41,350 nt of DNA from a virus (Duplodnaviria; Caudoviricetes). This document shows, in pieces, positions 36,942-41,350 of this stretch. The stretch spans positions 1 to 41,350 of the IMG/VR virus record IMGVR_UViG_3300036770_005500. One strand, 5' to 3'. A program made the position numbers and the translations under genes. How positions within the stretch are numbered: position 1 is the stretch's first letter; every line of letters begins with the position of its first letter. Under the pieces are notes generated by a model. That model saw nothing but the letters and a program-made list of their open reading frames with translations, did not search any database and was not told the DNA's origin.

Positions 36942-37102
36942 TGATAGAATTTTTAAAAAAATTACTTAGTATATTTGAATTCAAACCATTGGAATGTGTA
37001 CTTCCAGATGGAAAGAAGGTATATATTGTTATTGGCGGTGAACCCGTCAACACAATAATATTCGAAGAAGATCAAATGAATGAATCTGAATCTAAGAAAT
37101 AG
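36941..37102 (+). CDS. Small hypothetical protein (53 aa, below the ORF-track cutoff)
   Basis: TAATG overlap with the upstream gene; MIEFLKKLLSIFEFKPLEC...ESKK; fills the gap. Confidence 0.55.
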   Translation: MIEFLKKLLSIFEFKPLECVLPDGKKVYIVIGGEPVNTIIFEEDQMNESESKK

Positions 37103-37115
37103 TAGATTTCAAATT

Positions 37116-38177
37116 TTAAGAACAAAGTAATTTTTCAGTTCTATCTAACTCGAAAACATTCTTGTATTGTTCGAAAAGCTGAATCGAGGCTAAGTTTTTA
37201 GCCTTGGATTCTGCCATTATATCTGCCGACTCTAAAAACGATAAAGCCCAATCGTTAACTTTTTTGTTAGGGTAATAGTCACTGTGTGCTCTAAGCTTTG
37301 ATTTTTTGTAGCCGGCTTCTAACAGCTCTTTTAAGTTTGGAAATGTTTCATGTGAAAATCCCTGTGGGAGGTGTTCATCTCTGCTGTAGGAGTAGTGTAT
37401 CACGGGCCGTCTTTCACCGCGCCAGCTGTCTACTATTCTCTTGAATCTATCATCTGATGGCAGTATGTATTCGCCAGTTTTGATATAGTGGTGGTGAATA
37501 TCTAATACAAGTGCAACATCTTTTTCTAACTCTAAACTTGCTTCGATTCCCCAGGTGATTTCGTCGTTTTCGATTGTGATTGTATTTCTTGCTTCGGTTG
37601 ATAAAAATGGTAATACCGATCTAATTCCAGCCGGTCCGCGTCGGCCAGCGATGTGAACATTGATTTTAAAATCTTGGAAAGTTTGGCCATAACCCATCCA
37701 CCGAGCCATATCTGCATGATATTCAAATTCTTCTATGCTCCTGCGGACAATCTCATCGTTATCAGAAGCAAGCACAGTAAACTGACCAGGATGGAAGCTA
37801 AGCCGAACGTTATTCTTACGAGCCACAGCTCCCAATTCGCTAAATGCTCTTTCGCAATAGGTTCTGGCATCGTTCCGTCGCCAGAACCAGCTCCACGTAG
37901 GCTCAGTATATACAGGAAGTATATCACTACTGAGTCGTACCATTCTAAGAGTTTCATCTAATCCTCCTACTCTTTCAACAAGCAAATGACAGGCCGCGAT
38001 ATTTTGTTCCATTAAGGACCACAATTTTTCGCAGGCAACCTCCTTGCTTTGTCTATTTAACCAAGATACCGTAGTGCTACCTGTATTATATTTTTTGCAG
38101 TCGTCTTTGGTTTTGATACCATCTACTTGAGATGGAAAGTCGATCCATTTGCATGCGAAGCCGATACGTTTTGTCAT
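37116..38177 (-). CDS. uvsE: UV damage endonuclease (UvsE/UVDE)
   Basis: IGFAC, RLSSD, RLSFHPGQF, IENDE, LDIHHH, LRAHSDY and ESKAKNLA motifs. Confidence 0.93.
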   Translation of the reverse strand: MTKRIGFACKWIDFPSQVDGIKTKDDCKKYNTGSTTVSWLNRQSKEVACEKLWSLMEQNIAACHLLVERVGGLDETLRMVRLSSDILPVYTEPTWSWFWRRNDARTYCERAFSELGAVARKNNVRLSFHPGQFTVLASDNDEIVRRSIEEFEYHADMARWMGYGQTFQDFKINVHIAGRRGPAGIRSVLPFLSTEARNTITIENDEITWGIEASLELEKDVALVLDIHHHYIKTGEYILPSDDRFKRIVDSWRGERRPVIHYSYSRDEHLPQGFSHETFPNLKELLEAGYKKSKLRAHSDYYPNKKVNDWALSFLESADIMAESKAKNLASIQLFEQYKNVFELDRTEKLLCS

Positions 38178-38182
38178 ATTGT

Positions 38183-38212
38183 ATTATAACAGAATTTACA
38201 GCCAGTTGTCAA
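38183..38212 (-). promoter_or_regulatory. Consensus sigma70 promoter for uvsE
   Basis: TTGACA (38212-38207), 18 nt spacer, TATAAT (38188-38183) with extended TG; ATG 5 nt downstream. Confidence 0.8.
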
Positions 38213-39017
38213 CTACAAATGGGTCTTTTATATCTTGTGGTTTGGGATCGCCGTGAAAAACAGTAACACAGCATTCTGAATCTGGATGGCCAGTAAAAAT
38301 AGTGCGAAAGTTCCGTTTACCATTTACCATAGTCAATTCGTCTCTTCGCCTAATCTCCCATTTGTAGCTTTGAATCCATTTTTCTGGCCAAAATGTAATT
38401 TTGTTCTTTAACAGTTTCCAGATGTAATCTTGATCGCCTTGTAGACGCATAGCGGTAGCTTGATCTTTTTTAAAACTTTCGTATATATGATGTTGAGTAC
38501 CATGAAACCAAGCCATAACCGAACTATTAAGATATTGCCAACTAGGATAAAATTTCCTGTTGAAATCACGTATTCCGGCTAAATTTTTAAATTGAAAATT
38601 GATTATTTTTTCTATATTATTATGTACGATTACATCTAAATCAAAGTATATGATTTTACCTTTTAAAGGTAGGTTGTTGTCGAACATGTGTATCTTATGC
38701 CACCATAACTTTTGATAATTTGAGGCTGGTTGATAGAGAGTTCTTACGCCTTCAATTGGATGCTTATCGTCAGTTAAGCACACGAATTCATAAGGAACTC
38801 TTAAGTTCTTTGATACCATGTTCCTTAATCTCTCGACATATTCTCTTCCGTACTTGTTACCGAACCTCACACATAAAATAGTAACAGGTTCTAATAGTTG
38901 ATCATCTGAAGAGGTTTTAGAGACTTCTTTAGCGCCTAGATTTTTTTCTAATCTACGCCGAGCCTTTAATTGTCGTCGTTGCTCTTTAGTTAGTTGGTCT
39001 TTTGACAATTCCATCAA
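38196..39017 (-). CDS. GT-A fold glycosyltransferase
   Basis: FVCLTD, WWHK, YFDLD (DxD), NSSVM, GDQDY and VFHGDPKP motifs. Confidence 0.85.
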   Translation of the reverse strand: MMELSKDQLTKEQRRQLKARRRLEKNLGAKEVSKTSSDDQLLEPVTILCVRFGNKYGREYVERLRNMVSKNLRVPYEFVCLTDDKHPIEGVRTLYQPASNYQKLWWHKIHMFDNNLPLKGKIIYFDLDVIVHNNIEKIINFQFKNLAGIRDFNRKFYPSWQYLNSSVMAWFHGTQHHIYESFKKDQATAMRLQGDQDYIWKLLKNKITFWPEKWIQSYKWEIRRRDELTMVNGKRNFRTIFTGHPDSECCVTVFHGDPKPQDIKDPFVVDNWL

Positions 39018-39816
39018 TCTGTACCAATGTTTCTAATAGATTTTTTAGATTTTCTAATTTAATCATATTAGGACCGTCACTAGGAGCTCTATCTGGGGCT
39101 TCATGAACTTCCATGAAGACTCCTGCTACACAGCCTGTGGCTACAGCGGCCCGTGCCAAGTAGGGTACCATTTCTCGGTCCCCTCCAGATGTTGTTCCCA
39201 TTCCGCCAGGCTGTTGGACAGAATGTGTGGCATCAAAGACCACTGGATACCCGGTGCTTGCCATAATGGGTAAACTACGCATATCAACAACCAAGTTATT
39301 ATATCCATGTGTATAACCTCTCTCACATAACATTATTCTTTCATTGCCAGTGGATGCTATTTTAGATGCGACATTTTTCATGTCATGCGGTGCTAGGAAC
39401 TGACCTTTCTTAACATTTATGGCGCATCCTGTCTTGCCCGCAGCCAATAAAATATCAGTCTGTCGACACAGGAAAGCTGGTATTTGAAGAACATCTATAC
39501 CCGCAGCAGCAACTTCATTTGCCTGATATGACTCATGTATGTCAGTTAAAATGGGTAACCCAAATTTATGTTTGACACTATTTAGGATCTGCAGGCCCTT
39601 GTCAAGCCCAAGTCCTCTTTTCGTGTTGATACTAGATCGATTCGCTTTATCAAAACTGCTTTTGTAAATTAAATTAACTCCAACATCTTGGCAGATTTCT
39701 TTCAACGTTCCAGCCATCATATCGGTATGATCTTGGCTTTCTATTTGACAAGGGCCAGCGATTAAGAAAAAAGGAAGGTCGTTTCCGATTTGAATATTAT
39801 GTATACTAATGGTCAT
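38986..39816 (-). CDS. kdsA: 3-deoxy-D-manno-octulosonate 8-phosphate (Kdo8P) synthase
   Basis: [40 protein letters not shown] and SDGPN motifs. Confidence 0.96.
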   Translation of the reverse strand: MTISIHNIQIGNDLPFFLIAGPCQIESQDHTDMMAGTLKEICQDVGVNLIYKSSFDKANRSSINTKRGLGLDKGLQILNSVKHKFGLPILTDIHESYQANEVAAAGIDVLQIPAFLCRQTDILLAAGKTGCAINVKKGQFLAPHDMKNVASKIASTGNERIMLCERGYTHGYNNLVVDMRSLPIMASTGYPVVFDATHSVQQPGGMGTTSGGDREMVPYLARAAVATGCVAGVFMEVHEAPDRAPSDGPNMIKLENLKNLLETLVQIDGIVKRPTN

Positions 39817-40999
39817 TGATCAACTCCACTAACTGTCTAGCAGTTGCCGGACTGTATGTCCAGCCTAAGTGTCCATGTCCGGTATGAAAAAATACACGAC
39901 TATTTACTTTACTCTGTCGTACGATCGGCATCATGTTGGGAGCCATTGGTCTAAGGCAAGCCCAAGAACTATATTGTCTTGTATTGATCATCGGAAAGTT
40001 TTTCTCAACCCATTTCAACAAAGGTTCGATTCTGTCCCTGCTGATATCATAGTTTTCTCCTGTGAGTTCGGCGGTGCCTGCTACTCGGAATCTATTACCT
40101 AATGTAGATGTTACAATCTTAGCTTCGTCATCTAATAGACTAACTTTAGGAACGAATTTAAGATCACTATCATCTAGGTCTATAGTTATACTATATCCTT
40201 TTACAGGATAGATAGAGACCGAATCCCCGAACGACTTTGCTAGTTCGACAGATCCAACTCCGTTGGATATAACGATCCTGCTGAAGTTATCGACTAAATC
40301 AATATCAGATAATTTAGAAATCTTCTTTCCGTAATGAAATTTAACCTGATAACGATCCTTTAACACCTTGGCCAACTCTACACAGAACTTGTGTATATCT
40401 CCAACACTATCGCTAGGAGTCCATATGGCACCTCTAAGATTGATCAGACTAGTCAGTGTAGAATCGATGTTCCACATTTTTTCTCTACTGATCACAGACC
40501 ATTCGACACCATTGGACTCATAGATTTCTACAGCCGCTTGAGCTTTATCGAAATACTCTTGATCGCGATAAAAATGTAGTATCCCACAGGCACTGTAGTC
40601 GAACTCGAGTTGTTCTTCTTCTATGATCTTTTTATAAATATCTCTAGATTCTAGCCCTAGTTCTATAGACCTAATAGTATTCTGTTTGTACTTTCCTGTG
40701 GCCGTGTGCCAGAGGAATTTGATCATCCATTTAATCTTAGACCACTCGGGTGTTGGTCTGATTAACAACGGAGCATCCTTTTTAAACATCCAACCTATGC
40801 CTTTGCGGACATTACCCCAGGTATTCCACACTTCTGAGTTACTGACAGAAATCTGTCCACCATTAGCGAAGCTGGTACGCATAGCAGGATATCTTTCCTG
40901 TTCGAATATAGTGACAGCATAGCCTGCCTTGACCAGAGAATAAGCAGCCATCAAGCCGCTTATTCCTGCACCGACTACTGCGATGTGTTTATCCTTCAT
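39806..40999 (-). CDS. dadA: FAD-dependent D-amino acid dehydrogenase-like oxidoreductase
   Basis: [29 protein letters not shown] and GHGHLGWT motifs. Confidence 0.88.
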   Translation of the reverse strand: MKDKHIAVVGAGISGLMAAYSLVKAGYAVTIFEQERYPAMRTSFANGGQISVSNSEVWNTWGNVRKGIGWMFKKDAPLLIRPTPEWSKIKWMIKFLWHTATGKYKQNTIRSIELGLESRDIYKKIIEEEQLEFDYSACGILHFYRDQEYFDKAQAAVEIYESNGVEWSVISREKMWNIDSTLTSLINLRGAIWTPSDSVGDIHKFCVELAKVLKDRYQVKFHYGKKISKLSDIDLVDNFSRIVISNGVGSVELAKSFGDSVSIYPVKGYSITIDLDDSDLKFVPKVSLLDDEAKIVTSTLGNRFRVAGTAELTGENYDISRDRIEPLLKWVEKNFPMINTRQYSSWACLRPMAPNMMPIVRQSKVNSRVFFHTGHGHLGWTYSPATARQLVELINDH

Positions 41000-41350
41000 A
41001 GATTGCAGAATTGCCTTGGTGTTCGAATACTTCTACAGATTTAAGTTTTACGTCTCTACCTACAGGGTATCTAGCAGTAAATGAAATTAAATCTTTATTA
41101 TTTTTAGTAAACTGCCAAGATTCTCCTTTTTGGAAGTTACGCAAAATCGAGTTCATATTATGATAACACAACTCCGCAAATTTTTCGCAGCCAACACCCG
41201 GAACAACTCGTACATCACAAATACCTCCCTGATCTTGAAGACCAAGTTTAGCCATATCTAAAAACATTTCTAAATGAGGATCGTCTTCTGCGATTACCAA
41301 TGTGTGGTCGAACATGTATTCTGCCCATTCTTTGAACGCTTTTAGTCCAC
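40989..41350 (-). CDS. queD: 6-carboxytetrahydropterin synthase QueD-like; 5' end beyond the window
   Basis: Frame extends to the edge: [35 protein letters not shown]. Confidence 0.8.
   Translation of the reverse strand, partial: GLKAFKEWAEYMFDHTLVIAEDDPHLEMFLDMAKLGLQDQGGICDVRVVPGVGCEKFAELCYHNMNSILRNFQKGESWQFTKNNKDLISFTARYPVGRDVKLKSVEVFEHQGNSAIYEG

Noticed and set aside
1-41350. Stop-codon reassignment as seen in some large phages
   Set aside because: Conserved genes translate full length in the standard code and coding density is high.
4924-41350. Bacterial chromosome origin suggested by clpA, def, iscU, kdsA and dadA
   Set aside because: These genes are interleaved with virion, lysis and clamp-loader genes and TAAATA promoters, and lack their usual bacterial operon partners.

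Overview
This 41.35 kb window is part of a large T4-like/jumbo tailed phage genome. It is AT-rich, densely packed, mostly minus-strand and uses the standard genetic code. The host is probably a Gram-negative proteobacterium, judged from two-component spanins, kdsA and a proteobacterial-type iscU. From left to right it holds: (1) an 855+ aa ORF missing from the ORF track because it runs off the left edge, which fuses three different nucleotidyltransferase folds; (2) putative head-internal proteins; (3) a dnaJ-def-clpA proteostasis operon; (4) a lysis cassette (GH19 endolysin, i/o-spanins, holin-like protein with an EF-hand loop); (5) phoH behind a structured leader; (6) a 2OG-Fe(II) oxygenase, clamp loader, TagD-like and MazG-like enzymes, GroES and a split DnaE fragment; (7) a 17 kb baseplate/tail-fibre block; (8) iscA, iscU and SOD; (9) uvsE, a glycosyltransferase, kdsA, a dadA-like gene and a partial queD. 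TAAATA late-promoter motifs precede most transcription units. The best leads are the triple-nucleotidyltransferase protein with a capsid-targeting-like leader, a phycobiliprotein-like C-x-R-D helical domain in the 2433 aa virion protein, a two-state RNA leader on phoH, an EF-hand in the holin-like protein, and a possible virion glycosylation system. All calls come from reading motifs by eye; no database searches were run.
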